This document shows positions 28,122-39,119 of a DNA stretch of 64,000 nt, piece by piece. Both the position numbers and the translations under genes were made by a program. This DNA comes from Planctomycetota bacterium (GTDB taxonomy: Bacteria; Planctomycetota; UBA1135; UBA2386). The stretch covers positions 3,392,001-3,456,000 of the forward strand of contig JBKAGP010000001.1 in NCBI GenBank assembly GCA_046290465.1, given 5' to 3'. The notes under the pieces were generated by a model. It saw only the letters and a list, made by a program, of their open reading frames with translations, made no database searches and was not told the DNA's origin. Each line of letters begins with the position of its first letter. Positions within the stretch are counted from its first letter, which is position 1.

Positions 28122-29324
28122 ATGAACCGAAGCGTCGATGCGACTCGTGACCCCGGGCTCCCGGACCCCTCCTCGGGTCCGGCGCCGGTCGGCGAGCTCG
28201 TCTCGGCTGGCGATGGGATGCCCGCGGTGCTCCTCGGGCATGCGACGCCTCAGGTCGCGGCCAAGGTTGAGAGCTTCTGCAGGTCCGTCGCCTCGATGCT
28301 CGAGGCTTGGATTCAGCGCAGCCAGAACCCGAACACCCAGCGCACGTACCGCCGTGCCGTGATGGACTTCATCGAGTTCTTGGGCATCGACTGGCCTGAG
28401 AACTCGCACGAGCTGCTCTCCGCATCGGTCCCGGACGTCCGGGCCTGGCGGGACACGCTCGCGGCTGCAGGCAAGGCTCCCGCGACCCTGAACGCCAGGC
28501 TCTCGGCACTCTCCGGGTTCTACCGCTTCATGCGGGAGGTCTCGGTCACCGAGATGAAGCTACCCATCCAGGTCCCGAACCCGGCGCACGCCCAGTTCAT
28601 CGGCCGCGAGAGCCCCGAGCCGGTCTCCCCAACGTCCGCCCTCACCCTCTCGAAGGCGAAGCGACTCCTGGCGCTTCCTTCACGCGACCACATCCTGCGA
28701 GCCGACGAGTTCCTCGCCAAGCGCTTCAAGAACAACCCCGCAGCGCTCGAGCACGAACTCGACGTCTTGGTTGCTCGCGACCGGGCTGTCTTGGCGGTCT
28801 TTCTCTACACCGGGTCGCGCATCGGCTCGGTCTGCGCGCTCCACGTCGCGGACTTCCACGACGACGAGGACGACCCCACCATCAGCTTCCGCGAGAAGGG
28901 ACGGTCGCGTTCGAAGCGCCGCATCGGCGTCAACTTCGTGTGTGCCGAGGCGCTTCGCGACTACCTCGAGCGTTCAGGTCTCACGAAAGGGCCTCTCTTC
29001 CGGGCGCGAACGAACCCCCGCAGTGCGAAGCTGAGCTCGCGCCAGGTGAGCCAAGCCACGATGTACGGCTTGCTTCTCTCCTACCTCGAGCGCGTGCCGG
29101 GGGCGATGGCTGAGGAAGAGCTCGAAGATGGGTCGAGCCGGAAGCGGTGTCGCTACTCCCCCCACTCGCTACGCGCGACCACGGCGACGCTACTCGACGA
29201 GGCCGGGGTGCCCATCAAGCGCATCCAGGAGTTGCTCGGGCACAAGGACATCCGCGTCACCCAGGCCTACATTAAGCTACTGCGCGACACCAAGAAGAGT
29301 GCGTCGCACGACGTGCCACTCTGA
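28122..29324 (+). CDS. tyrosine recombinase (XerC/D-like, with SAM-like core-binding domain)
   Basis: NTQRTY, APATLNARLSALSGFY, TGSR, EKG, HSLR, LGH, TQAY. Confidence 0.92.
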   Translation: MNRSVDATRDPGLPDPSSGPAPVGELVSAGDGMPAVLLGHATPQVAAKVESFCRSVASMLEAWIQRSQNPNTQRTYRRAVMDFIEFLGIDWPENSHELLSASVPDVRAWRDTLAAAGKAPATLNARLSALSGFYRFMREVSVTEMKLPIQVPNPAHAQFIGRESPEPVSPTSALTLSKAKRLLALPSRDHILRADEFLAKRFKNNPAALEHELDVLVARDRAVLAVFLYTGSRIGSVCALHVADFHDDEDDPTISFREKGRSRSKRRIGVNFVCAEALRDYLERSGLTKGPLFRARTNPRSAKLSSRQVSQATMYGLLLSYLERVPGAMAEEELEDGSSRKRCRYSPHSLRATTATLLDEAGVPIKRIQELLGHKDIRVTQAYIKLLRDTKKSASHDVPL

Positions 29325-29484
29325 ACGCACGCCCATGACGTAGAATCTCCGAAGAAGTTGAGCCGGGCATGGCGACGACGCGCTGCGCGTCTCTGCGGCG
29401 AGTCTCGTGGACCGCGACCACTCCGGCTACGACGTCACGCTCGAGAACGTCGCGCTCGTCCTATTCTGACACACATCCGCATCC

Positions 29485-30234
29485 GTGCCCCTGCCACTAT
29501 CTGTCCCACTCTGCTACGGAAGCTCCTACCCTGACCTCAGCGACATCAAGTTCGGTGGGTCGTGCTTCGAGTTCGTCGGCCACAGCGACGGACGCGGATG
29601 GTTTGCAACTTGCCGACACGTTGTCGACGATTGCCCCGAAGGTCACTCGCCATTCATCTGCGACGCACTGGAGACGACTAACAGAGACCCGAAGTTCTAC
29701 CCCATCCTCGAGGTCCGGCCTCACCCCAAAGTCGACTTCGCCGCGCTGCACATCGACTTCTCGGACTCGGACCACCGTTGGAATCCAGAGTGGCGCTGGT
29801 TCGGCCCCGCTCCAGACGACGGACTCCTCGACGACGTCTCAGCGGCGGGATGGGTCATCGAGACTTGCGGTAGCGGAACACACTTGCTGAGCCGCAGGTT
29901 GAAGGGCTACGTCACGAGGACCATCGCAACCCCCGACTATATCCCTGGAGCGGGCGACGCTTGCTTGGAGGTCTCTTTTCCTTCGGTCGTTGGGTTCAGT
30001 GGAGCCGCCCTTGTGGCACCAGACCACAACTCCTCGACACCACCGCCAGAGAGAGTCGTCGGCATGATGTTTCAGAACCATCGGTCCAGAGTCGACGAAT
30101 CACTCGAACACGAGTTCACCGACGGGAGAGGCATGACCGAGCGAGAGCGCATCGCGAGCATTGTCAACTTCGGACTCGCCCATCCGGTGTCCGTAATCCT
30201 CTCCTGCCTCAATGACCTTGGGCTCGGCCGATGA
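29485..30234 (+). CDS. trypsin-like serine protease, no signal peptide
   Basis: ATCRHVV (His), VDFAAL (Asp), GFSGAAL (Ser). Confidence 0.72.
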   Translation: MPLPLSVPLCYGSSYPDLSDIKFGGSCFEFVGHSDGRGWFATCRHVVDDCPEGHSPFICDALETTNRDPKFYPILEVRPHPKVDFAALHIDFSDSDHRWNPEWRWFGPAPDDGLLDDVSAAGWVIETCGSGTHLLSRRLKGYVTRTIATPDYIPGAGDACLEVSFPSVVGFSGAALVAPDHNSSTPPPERVVGMMFQNHRSRVDESLEHEFTDGRGMTERERIASIVNFGLAHPVSVILSCLNDLGLGR

Positions 30235-30346
30235 CCGTGTCGGCACAGGAGCATGACCTCGTCTCACGAATAAGAGGAGCGAGCGTCGGTGGTCGAAGAG
30301 TGTCGACGGTGGCACGAGTGCCATCCCCCACCTAAGGCAGGCCACT

Positions 30347-30973
30347 ATGAATATGGACTTTGAACCCGACACTTACACTGACCCGATGTTTTGCCGGCAC
30401 TGTCAGGCCGAGACCCCTATGTATCGGGCCGCCAGTTTCGTGCAGACGGTCGAGGACGTCAGTCCCATCACCGTTACCGAACGCTGGGTCGCGTTGAGCT
30501 GTCCGAAGTGCTCGGGCATTTCTCTTCAAAGGAGGGTCACCGACAACGTTCCTTGTGAGGACATGGATGTACCGGTTTGCACGGTTGTATACCCAGCAGA
30601 GGTTCGACCCCCGGTAGGCCTACCCTCAAGTATCCAAGATGCTTTCGTGGAAGCCGCAAGAGCGGCTAGCTTTAGCACCTCTCTCTCCGGCGTTGGCTTT
30701 CGCCGAGTCCTCGAGATGGTGTGCCGCGACAAGAAGGTCCAGACCCCGAAGCTCGCAACGGGCATCAACCAGCTTGTAGAGTCCGAGGACCTCAAGTCGC
30801 GATTAGCTCAGCTTGCTCATGAAGTGAGAGCGCTAGGCAACCGCGGTGCGCACGAGTGGGAGAGGCTGTCGAAGGCAGAGGTCCGCAGCGCTGAGGCCCT
30901 GTGCCGCGCCGTTCTCGAGGTCGTCTACAGCGCTCCGCATCTCATCACGCAGGTAACAAGGCACGATACGTGA
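30347..30973 (+). CDS. DUF4145 (HEPN-like) protein with N-terminal Zn ribbon
   Basis: CRHC/CPKC; LP..IQDAF.EA; RRVLE; RALGNRGAH. Confidence 0.85.
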   Translation: MNMDFEPDTYTDPMFCRHCQAETPMYRAASFVQTVEDVSPITVTERWVALSCPKCSGISLQRRVTDNVPCEDMDVPVCTVVYPAEVRPPVGLPSSIQDAFVEAARAASFSTSLSGVGFRRVLEMVCRDKKVQTPKLATGINQLVESEDLKSRLAQLAHEVRALGNRGAHEWERLSKAEVRSAEALCRAVLEVVYSAPHLITQVTRHDT

Positions 30974-30978
30974 GCGCG

Positions 30979-32697
30979 TCAGTGCTCCCTGCGGAGTTCC
31001 TGTAGCTTCTTCCAGTCCGCCTCCAAGCCCGCGAGCGTTGGTCGGACATTCAGCGTCTCGAGAGGCTGCTTGTGCGAGTCCAGATACCGACAGCAGTCGT
31101 CGAAGATATCGCATACCCCATCACGCGTCTCTGCCAAGGATTGGATATTGATGTCGCGAAGGTTCCCGACCATCACGTTCGGGCGGTAGCTCTGGACGAC
31201 CGACTTCAACACCTTCTGCTCAACGACGATTTCGCAAGCGCCGCGAAGCGCCTCGTATCCCTTCTCCACGAACATCGTCTGCATCTCGGCATCGGACTCG
31301 ACCTTCGCGCGCTCGATGAGACGGTTCACGCGCTTCCTTCTGTCGTCCCAGGTGTCTAGCTTTGGGCTGCCCCCTAGCTGTACCTTACCACGCTTCTCGC
31401 CAGCCTCGGTGATATCGAAGTATGAGCACGCACTCTTATTCTTGTCGAAGTGCTCAAGGAGCAGCATCGTGAACCACACGTTGTGCGTGAACACGATGAC
31501 CTGACGGCCCTTGCTCAAATCGACGAGCCGCTCGGCGACATATCTCATGCGTCGGTAGTCGAGGCTCGTGACCGGGTCGTCGAAGACCATGGGCGAGGCG
31601 CTCCTCCGAAGCGTCGCCTCGGCAAGGAAGTCTGCAAGCGCAATCACCTTCTGCTCGCCCTCCGAGAGAATGGCTCGGAGCCCGACCTGCGGTGCCAGAC
31701 TCTTAGTTCTCGCTGGAGCCCCTCCTTCCCCCGCGAAGTTCAGGTTCACAGATGGTGCCTTGAGAGCTTTGCACTCGTCACCAAACGTCGCCTCGAAGTC
31801 CTGATAGATGAGCCGCTTGCTCGCTGCCTTTGCCTCTTCGGTCAGCGACTTCAGTATTCCCGTCATCGTGCGTCCCAGAGTCGTTGCTCGAGACGCCCAC
31901 TTCGAGTTCTCGACGTGCTCCCGCACTCCCGGAAGCAGCTCTGCGAGGACCATCCGGTCGCTCAACTCGCGCAGCTCCTTTTCGGCGTCCGCCAGAAGCT
32001 CCTTCCTCTTCGTGACCGCCTCTCCGAGGTCCTTCTCCGTTGACTCGAGCCCGCTACTTCGCTCCGTCACGGCCACCTTCAGTTCAGCGACACGTTGTCT
32101 CGGTACTTCCTCGGGGTCGCTCCGCTTCTTCACTGCACCCACCACCTTCTCGAGGTGTGGGAGCAACGCGAGACCGTCTCGAATCGTCCGGTGGGCGTCT
32201 TCTGCGTTCTCGACCTTCACCCTCATCTCGTTCGAGATGCTCTCCAGGTCCAACTCCTCGAGACCGCTCGCAGAAGCGCTGACAGCTCTTGTGGCTGTCG
32301 ACAGCGCAGCTTGATGCGAGCCAAGCAGAAACTCCCGGTACTTCCGCAGCAACTCCACTGCCGCTTCCTCGAGCGGCTGGAGGCAGTACGCGCATGGTTC
32401 TCCTTCCTGCGGGTAGTCGCCTGGCATCTCTGCTGCGACGTAGGCTTGCGCGGCTTCCACGAACGCCTTCCATGTCTCACTCTGGAAGCCGGGAATCGGG
32501 AACGATGCGAGGCCCTCCTTGGTTGCCGTCGTGAGTGCTTCGCGCGCCTTGTCCATGTCTACAAGCTGCTCGCGAAACTTGGCTTCGTCGAAGGCGGCGA
32601 ATGCGTCGAGGACGGCGCTGAGTCGACCAAGCAGAGCCATCTCACTCCGTACGACTTGCAGCCGGGCATCCGAACGCCCCGCACGAAGCGCACCCAC
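30979..32697 (-). pseudogene. C-terminal part of SMC/Rad50-like ABC ATPase (AAA_13/RloC-like); N-terminal Walker A missing
   Basis: Zn-hook CAYC, LSEGEQK signature, FDDPVTSLD Walker B/D-loop, IVFTHN; in-frame stops just upstream. Confidence 0.75.
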
Positions 32698-33181
32698 CCG
32701 GTCTTCAAGTGCGGTCTTCTTCTCTCACGGCCTGAAGGACTCTCACCTCCAGGTCTGTCTCGGTCGTCCCGCATCCACGGGACCCGTGAGGTTATGGGAT
32801 AGAATGAACGGATTGGACGTTGGTGTGTTGGTAATGCTCGGGTGGAGGACGACGTGTCCCCCGGAACCATCCCCGAGAGCGCGTAGACCTCCTTGTTCTG
32901 TAGAACCAACCGAAACAACACGACCAAACGGTTTACTCGTTCAAGCCTCCCTCGCTCTGAGCAAGCGCCTCTCGACGCACTCAGCGCTACGAGCAAGCAG
33001 CAATGGCAGGTGGTGAGCCTGCCCCCTTAGCCTGGAAGCGTTCCAGGTTTACCGGGCGCTACTTCGCCAATTCGAGGCGACGCCAGACCGTGTTTCAGGC
33101 TCTGACGACCAAGTCTCTGCTATCCACAGAGACTCAGGCCGAGATTAGCACGCTGTTTCATCTTGAGCAAAACGGCGGCTG

Positions 33182-33919
33182 TTAGCCGAGCATACTGAGT
33201 AGCTTCGAGACAAGCCCACCGAGCACCGCGGAAAGCACAAGGTGCCACCACTGAAGGCGTGTCCCCGCCTCGCTCTGGCGCGTGCTCTGGCGTCTTCCTC
33301 GGAACGCGTCTCTGGCTGCGGAGTCGCGAACCTCGCGCACTTCCTTGCGAAGTTCAACGACCTGGCCGGTCTGCTCGACAACGACATCAGTGAGCTTCTC
33401 GAAGCGCTCATCTTGGTCTTCGTCTCGCGTTCGAACCGGAGGCATGACGAGCGCTGACGGCAGCGGTCTGAAGTAGGAAGGCTCTGCTCGCAGCGCATCG
33501 GTCGCCTTCCGAAGTCGGTCAAGGCCCGAAAGCTCGGGAAACACTGCTCGCGCGGAAGCAAGAGCCTCCATCCTCGCCTTCGCCTCCTGCGCCTGCTCGA
33601 GAATGCCCGCGCACATCGCAGTTGGTCCATCCGAAAGAGCATTCGCGACGCTGAGGGCAGGGCTGCTCGCGAGCGCACTTGCGGCTCGAGAGACCTCCGC
33701 CAACCGAAGGGGCTCGAGAGCACGCTGAGCGGCTGCGACCGAATCCAAGGTGCTCGACAACGCCCTCGACGGCCTGAGCAACCGCTCCATGGTCTGCCGC
33801 TCCCTCTCGATTCGCCGCAGAGTTTCAGACTGAACTCGCCTTCTTTCCTCCCGCTGCTCTTCTGTCAGCGAGCGCTCGTACTCTTCGCACCGCTTCGCGA
33901 TGTGGCTGAAGTCGACCAT
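33182..33919 (-). CDS. hypothetical coiled-coil protein with C-terminal TM helix
   Basis: Charged helical body; tail WWHLVLSAVLGGLVSKLL; 6-bp gap after the yjzC-like gene. Confidence 0.7.
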   Translation of the reverse strand: MVDFSHIAKRCEEYERSLTEEQREERRRVQSETLRRIERERQTMERLLRPSRALSSTLDSVAAAQRALEPLRLAEVSRAASALASSPALSVANALSDGPTAMCAGILEQAQEAKARMEALASARAVFPELSGLDRLRKATDALRAEPSYFRPLPSALVMPPVRTRDEDQDERFEKLTDVVVEQTGQVVELRKEVREVRDSAARDAFRGRRQSTRQSEAGTRLQWWHLVLSAVLGGLVSKLLSMLG

Positions 33920-33925
33920 CGCGCT

Positions 33926-34108
33926 TCAGCCTTGGCCCGACTTGTTCTTGGTTCGGTCCACGAGCGTGTAGGTGGCCTTGGGAGTGGTCGTTGGGGGAAG
34001 TGGCTCCCCCTTCACGACCGTCACTTCACGGCGCTTCCCGCCGCGTGGTCCGACTTCTTGGTACTGCCCTGAGTTTGGGGCCTTTTGACCTGGCTTCATC
34101 TTCGACAT
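33926..34108 (-). CDS. YjzC family small protein
   Basis: KPGQKAPNSGQY.EVGPRGG..EVT..KGEPLPPT; AGGAAGGA RBS. Confidence 0.85.
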   Translation of the reverse strand: MSKMKPGQKAPNSGQYQEVGPRGGKRREVTVVKGEPLPPTTTPKATYTLVDRTKNKSGQG

Positions 34109-34121
34109 CTCGAATTCCTTC

Positions 34122-36356
34122 CTAGGAGCGGGTTCTGACCGGGATTTTCACGACCGGCTGAAGCGGTCGAATCTGGGTTGGAAACGCGCGGACCACCTGG
34201 TCGTACAGGTCCTTCGCGTTCTTGCACGTGACGGAAATGATGAGCGCGTAGCGCACCTTGTCCGCCCTGTTCGTCGCCGCACTCTGTTCGCGGGCGTTGT
34301 AGTGAATGTCGAAGGTGGGCTCGAACAGCGAGCTACCTCGCTTGTTCTTGGACCTGTGAAGCGTCGTCTCCCACTTGTGGGCGTCGTGACGCAGCTCCTT
34401 CTCCGTTGAGAACTCCTTGAGCTGGAAGAAGGAGTCAGTGACAGGGTTGGTCGGGTCTTCGGACTTCGCTGAGAACTTCTCGGAGTGGGGTCGGAAGACG
34501 ATGCCAACGCCTGCCCTCGTGTAGCTCCCTGGGTGGTTTGAGTCGACTTTGGTTGCGTAGCAGAGGGTCGCAGTGATGCTGACCATCCCTGGAAGCTGCT
34601 CCGATGGAAGCGGCACTCTTGCGCGGAGGAACTGCCCCGCTGTTAGCTCGCCCTGATAGACGATTCGGGCTGTGCCATCGGGACAGACCACGAAGTCTTC
34701 CAGGTCGTTCGGGACACGTCCCCAGCCAGCCTCGTGCCGCTCCCCACCACCTTGCGAGCAGTGAACCAAGAGCGCCTTGATGGCGAGTGGGCCGAGCAAA
34801 GAACCGAAATGGGCTCGCAAGCCAGTGGCGAGACGGAGCGTTGCCGGAGACGCGAAGCTGGTTCCGGCTTCTGGTCGGACCTGCGGCTCTGGCTCTTCGT
34901 CGTCCAGGACCCAAAATGGCTCCCGCTCCGAGCCACCGAACGCAAGCAGGTCGGGCTTGACGACGCCTGGGCTTCGCCCCGGACCAACGGAGCTGTACAC
35001 GGCACGCCTCCACCCGTCCCCGCTGACGTCAGCTGAGCCGACCGACAGAGCGTTCACCGAGTCGGCTGGGACTTGGATGCGGTTGTAGTCAAGCGCTCGG
35101 TCACCACCGTTGCCGACGGCAACGGCGGCAAGAGTGTCGCCTTCACTAAGGAGCTCGTCGATGACAGCGGTCCAACCGTGGACGTCGTCATCCTCGATGG
35201 GCTCATCAGGCCCGATGCTGAAGTTCGCGAACGCGTACTGCTTGCCACTCAGCACCGTCTCGATTCGCCGGAGGACGTCGTACATGTCTACGTCCGGAAG
35301 CCCGTCTTGCTTCCCTGACTCCGCATCGAGGACGCGGTAGTGGTCAACTCGGGCGTACGGCCGCTCAGGGGGACGCCCGCTTGTGAGTGGCCCGAAGAGC
35401 AAGGCGGACGTGACGGCTGCTCCGTGGCGCAGGTAGACATCAACTGGCTCCCCAACGCTCGCGCCCTCGAGGCTCGTCACCCAGGTTTCGAGGTTTGAGC
35501 CCGAGCCGACTCCCCCATCGAAGACTGCTACGCGAAGACCTGGGTCAACCGCACCCTCGGTTGGGAGCTCAACTCGAAACGCCTTTGGCGCAGCCCAAGA
35601 CCGGACCACCGGCTGCAGCACCCTGATTCGAGGCATGGAGCGCGCCACACGCAGAAACGAAAAGCGCGCAAGCTCCTCGAGGCGTGAGGCGTCTGCTCGC
35701 ACCGGCAGGAAGCAAAGCCCGCTGGCTCGAAACACGCGCCGAAGGTCGGCTTCTGCGCCGAGCGAGTCCGCGTAGCGAGCGAAGCTGCGAAGGACATCAC
35801 CCGTCGATGCGTGAAGAGCCACCTCGAGGAGCGGCCGCTGCTCATATCCTGTGATTCCCTTCAACTTGGCATGCGCTGGAAACGAGGCCACCGACTCCAA
35901 CTTGGTCAGGTCTGCGGCACCCTTTCGGTCGTCGGCCCACCCACTGAGCTCCGTCGACCAGGCTCGGAACGCGTCGCGCGGACCAGCGACGAACAGCTCG
36001 GTTGAGGGTTCGGCGCCTTCGCGCACCTTCTTGCGAGTGGTCTTTTCCGGCTTGACCGAAACGGGACGACTCCCAACCGCCGTCAGCTCGAGTTCCTGCA
36101 AGAGCACACCAGGGAAGTAGCTCTTCGCCAGAAACTCAGGGTGGAGCGTTAGGACAGCTACCGCTTCGTCGTTTGGGCAAGCCTCATCGGGAATGGAGTC
36201 CAACTCTTCAACCGCCTTGGCCACCATCGGGACAAGTCGGGAGCGCGCCGCCGAGACGGTATACGGGTCCGTCTTGTTCATCTCGCGCTTCGGCGGCGGT
36301 ACAGGCTCCGTGAGCCGCTCACCGAAACCGAGAAGGAACTTCGGGTCATCCGCCAT
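34122..36356 (-). CDS. ietS: S8 subtilase, IetS-like
   Basis: VAVFDGG (Asp), RHGAAV (His), VGN, GPGRSPGVVKPDL, GTSFASP (Ser); no signal peptide; 3-bp gap after the ATPase gene. Confidence 0.82.
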   Translation of the reverse strand: MADDPKFLLGFGERLTEPVPPPKREMNKTDPYTVSAARSRLVPMVAKAVEELDSIPDEACPNDEAVAVLTLHPEFLAKSYFPGVLLQELELTAVGSRPVSVKPEKTTRKKVREGAEPSTELFVAGPRDAFRAWSTELSGWADDRKGAADLTKLESVASFPAHAKLKGITGYEQRPLLEVALHASTGDVLRSFARYADSLGAEADLRRVFRASGLCFLPVRADASRLEELARFSFLRVARSMPRIRVLQPVVRSWAAPKAFRVELPTEGAVDPGLRVAVFDGGVGSGSNLETWVTSLEGASVGEPVDVYLRHGAAVTSALLFGPLTSGRPPERPYARVDHYRVLDAESGKQDGLPDVDMYDVLRRIETVLSGKQYAFANFSIGPDEPIEDDDVHGWTAVIDELLSEGDTLAAVAVGNGGDRALDYNRIQVPADSVNALSVGSADVSGDGWRRAVYSSVGPGRSPGVVKPDLLAFGGSEREPFWVLDDEEPEPQVRPEAGTSFASPATLRLATGLRAHFGSLLGPLAIKALLVHCSQGGGERHEAGWGRVPNDLEDFVVCPDGTARIVYQGELTAGQFLRARVPLPSEQLPGMVSITATLCYATKVDSNHPGSYTRAGVGIVFRPHSEKFSAKSEDPTNPVTDSFFQLKEFSTEKELRHDAHKWETTLHRSKNKRGSSLFEPTFDIHYNAREQSAATNRADKVRYALIISVTCKNAKDLYDQVVRAFPTQIRPLQPVVKIPVRTRS

Positions 36357-36359
36357 GGG

Positions 36360-37478
36360 TTACTCCGCCTCCTCCTGAGCCATCTTTCGGATGGTGTCTC
36401 GGCTGATTCCCGTCAGCTCGTACGCGCGACGTTGGGACAGCGCACCGCTTGAGACGAGGTCTTTAGCGACCGCCGCTCGGTCGTCCCACTCCATCTCGCC
36501 AAGCCGTGAACGAAGCAGCCGCTCGAACGGCTCCTCTGGAGAGCCGCCCAACACGGCCGACCTGCGGGCCCGAAGAACGTCACGGTGGATGTCGCTGAAC
36601 GACATGCCTCGAAGCGCGACCGCGAGCACGCCAGCCCAGTGAGCCGAGCCCCCACTCGACGCCTCGTCCAGGAACCGCCTTACGGCAGCATCCACTGCCT
36701 GCTCGTCTGGCAACGGAAACTCCACCACCATCTCGAACCGCCGCCAGATGGCTGGGTCGAGGAGGTTCGGATGGTTGGTCGCCGCGACGAGAAGCCCGTT
36801 CGGCGGCCAGTCGTCCACCTCCTGAAGAAGGACTGTGACGAGGCGTTTCAACTCTCCGACCTCCGAGTCGTCGTCCCTACGCTTGGCGATGGCGTCCAGC
36901 TCGTCCAGGAGGAGCACACACTCCATGCCCTTGGCGTAGTCGAGAACGAACCGAAGGTTGTTTCCGGTCCTTCCAAGGAAACTGCTCATGACCGCCGAGA
37001 GGTCCAGCGTTAGCAGAGGAAGTCCAAGCTCCCGGGCGAGCCAACGGGCCCCAAGGGTCTTGCCGACCCCCGGAGGGCCTGTGAACAGCGCACTCTTGCT
37101 CGGACTGAGCCCTTCCCGCTCCAGGGCCTCACGCGCTTCACGCTCCGCAACGAGTTGCCTGAGCGAAGCCTCGACGCTCGGCGGATAGACCGGCTCGACA
37201 TCGAGCGCTACGGACGCCTCCACGCGAACCAGCTGCTGTCGGGAGTCTAGGTCGACCGGGACTTCGCTAACTGCGGCCTTTCGAAGCGGCGAAGAGCGCG
37301 TTGGCACTTCTCGAAGAAGCTGGAGAAGCTGCTCGGAAAGACCGGGCATCTCCTCCTTGAGCTTCTTGGCCATGCGACGAACGTGCAGCTGCACGTCCTG
37401 TGGACGAGCAGTGAGCGCCAGCTGCGCGAGATGGCCTACCAGAGCTTCGAGTTTCTTGGCGTCGTCCACGTCGGTCAC
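36360..37478 (-). CDS. ietA: AAA+ ATPase, IetA-like
   Basis: GPPGVGKT, SSFLGRTGNN, LLLDELDAIAKRRDD..EVGELKR, ATNHPNLLDPAIWRRF. Confidence 0.85.
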   Translation of the reverse strand: MTDVDDAKKLEALVGHLAQLALTARPQDVQLHVRRMAKKLKEEMPGLSEQLLQLLREVPTRSSPLRKAAVSEVPVDLDSRQQLVRVEASVALDVEPVYPPSVEASLRQLVAEREAREALEREGLSPSKSALFTGPPGVGKTLGARWLARELGLPLLTLDLSAVMSSFLGRTGNNLRFVLDYAKGMECVLLLDELDAIAKRRDDDSEVGELKRLVTVLLQEVDDWPPNGLLVAATNHPNLLDPAIWRRFEMVVEFPLPDEQAVDAAVRRFLDEASSGGSAHWAGVLAVALRGMSFSDIHRDVLRARRSAVLGGSPEEPFERLLRSRLGEMEWDDRAAVAKDLVSSGALSQRRAYELTGISRDTIRKMAQEEAE

Positions 37479-37731
37479 AAGGGTCCTCCAGAGCTCCTCC
37501 CAGACTACATCGGCGTGGACGACCTGTCAAGCCGCCACAAGCCGTCTCGTCCACCTGGCCCCAGAGCACCCCTGAACGACATCCAAGGCCCTGCCGCGGC
37601 AGACGAACGTGAGGGCACCCAGCACTACTGCGCCCACCGCCTCGCCCGAGCGTCGCCACCCCGACTCCGGGGCGGGTCATCCAAGGAGTGAAACGACATC
37701 CCTACCCCCATAGGGCCGAGCAGATGGGTAA

Positions 37732-37979
37732 TTATCCACAGCCCAAGGCCCCGTTTAGATGTGTTTACACAGCTTAGATAAGTTTAGGCGCTGCAAGCCC
37801 TTGGCATCACAAGCGAATCGGGGGATTCGGTGGCGTGATAGACGCGTCCGGGTGGCGTGATAGACGCGGAGCGGTGGTGCGATAGACGCGCCCGGGTGGT
37901 GCGATAGACGCGCACGCGACCGAAGTTATCCACAGGCACGTGCCGCCACAGGGCCTTGAGCGGTGGCGCGATAGACGCG
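37732..37979. other. iteron-type replication origin
   Basis: DnaA boxes TTATCCACA at 37732 and 37926; AT-richer tract ~37754-37787; five 18-bp iterons. Confidence 0.88.
37829..37979 (+). repeat. iterons GGTGGYGYGATAGACGCG x5
   Basis: Copies start at 37829, 37851, 37873, 37895 (22-bp period) and 37962. Confidence 0.95.
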
Positions 37980-39069
<1,090 letters not shown>

Positions 39070-39119
39070 GCGCTTTCCCCTATTGACGCTTTCAAATCGG
39101 CCGTGAGAGATTGCACTCA

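Noticed and set aside
37829..37979. Direct repeats as a CRISPR array
   Set aside because: Only 4-bp gaps between 18-bp units, no spacers or cas genes; context indicates iterons
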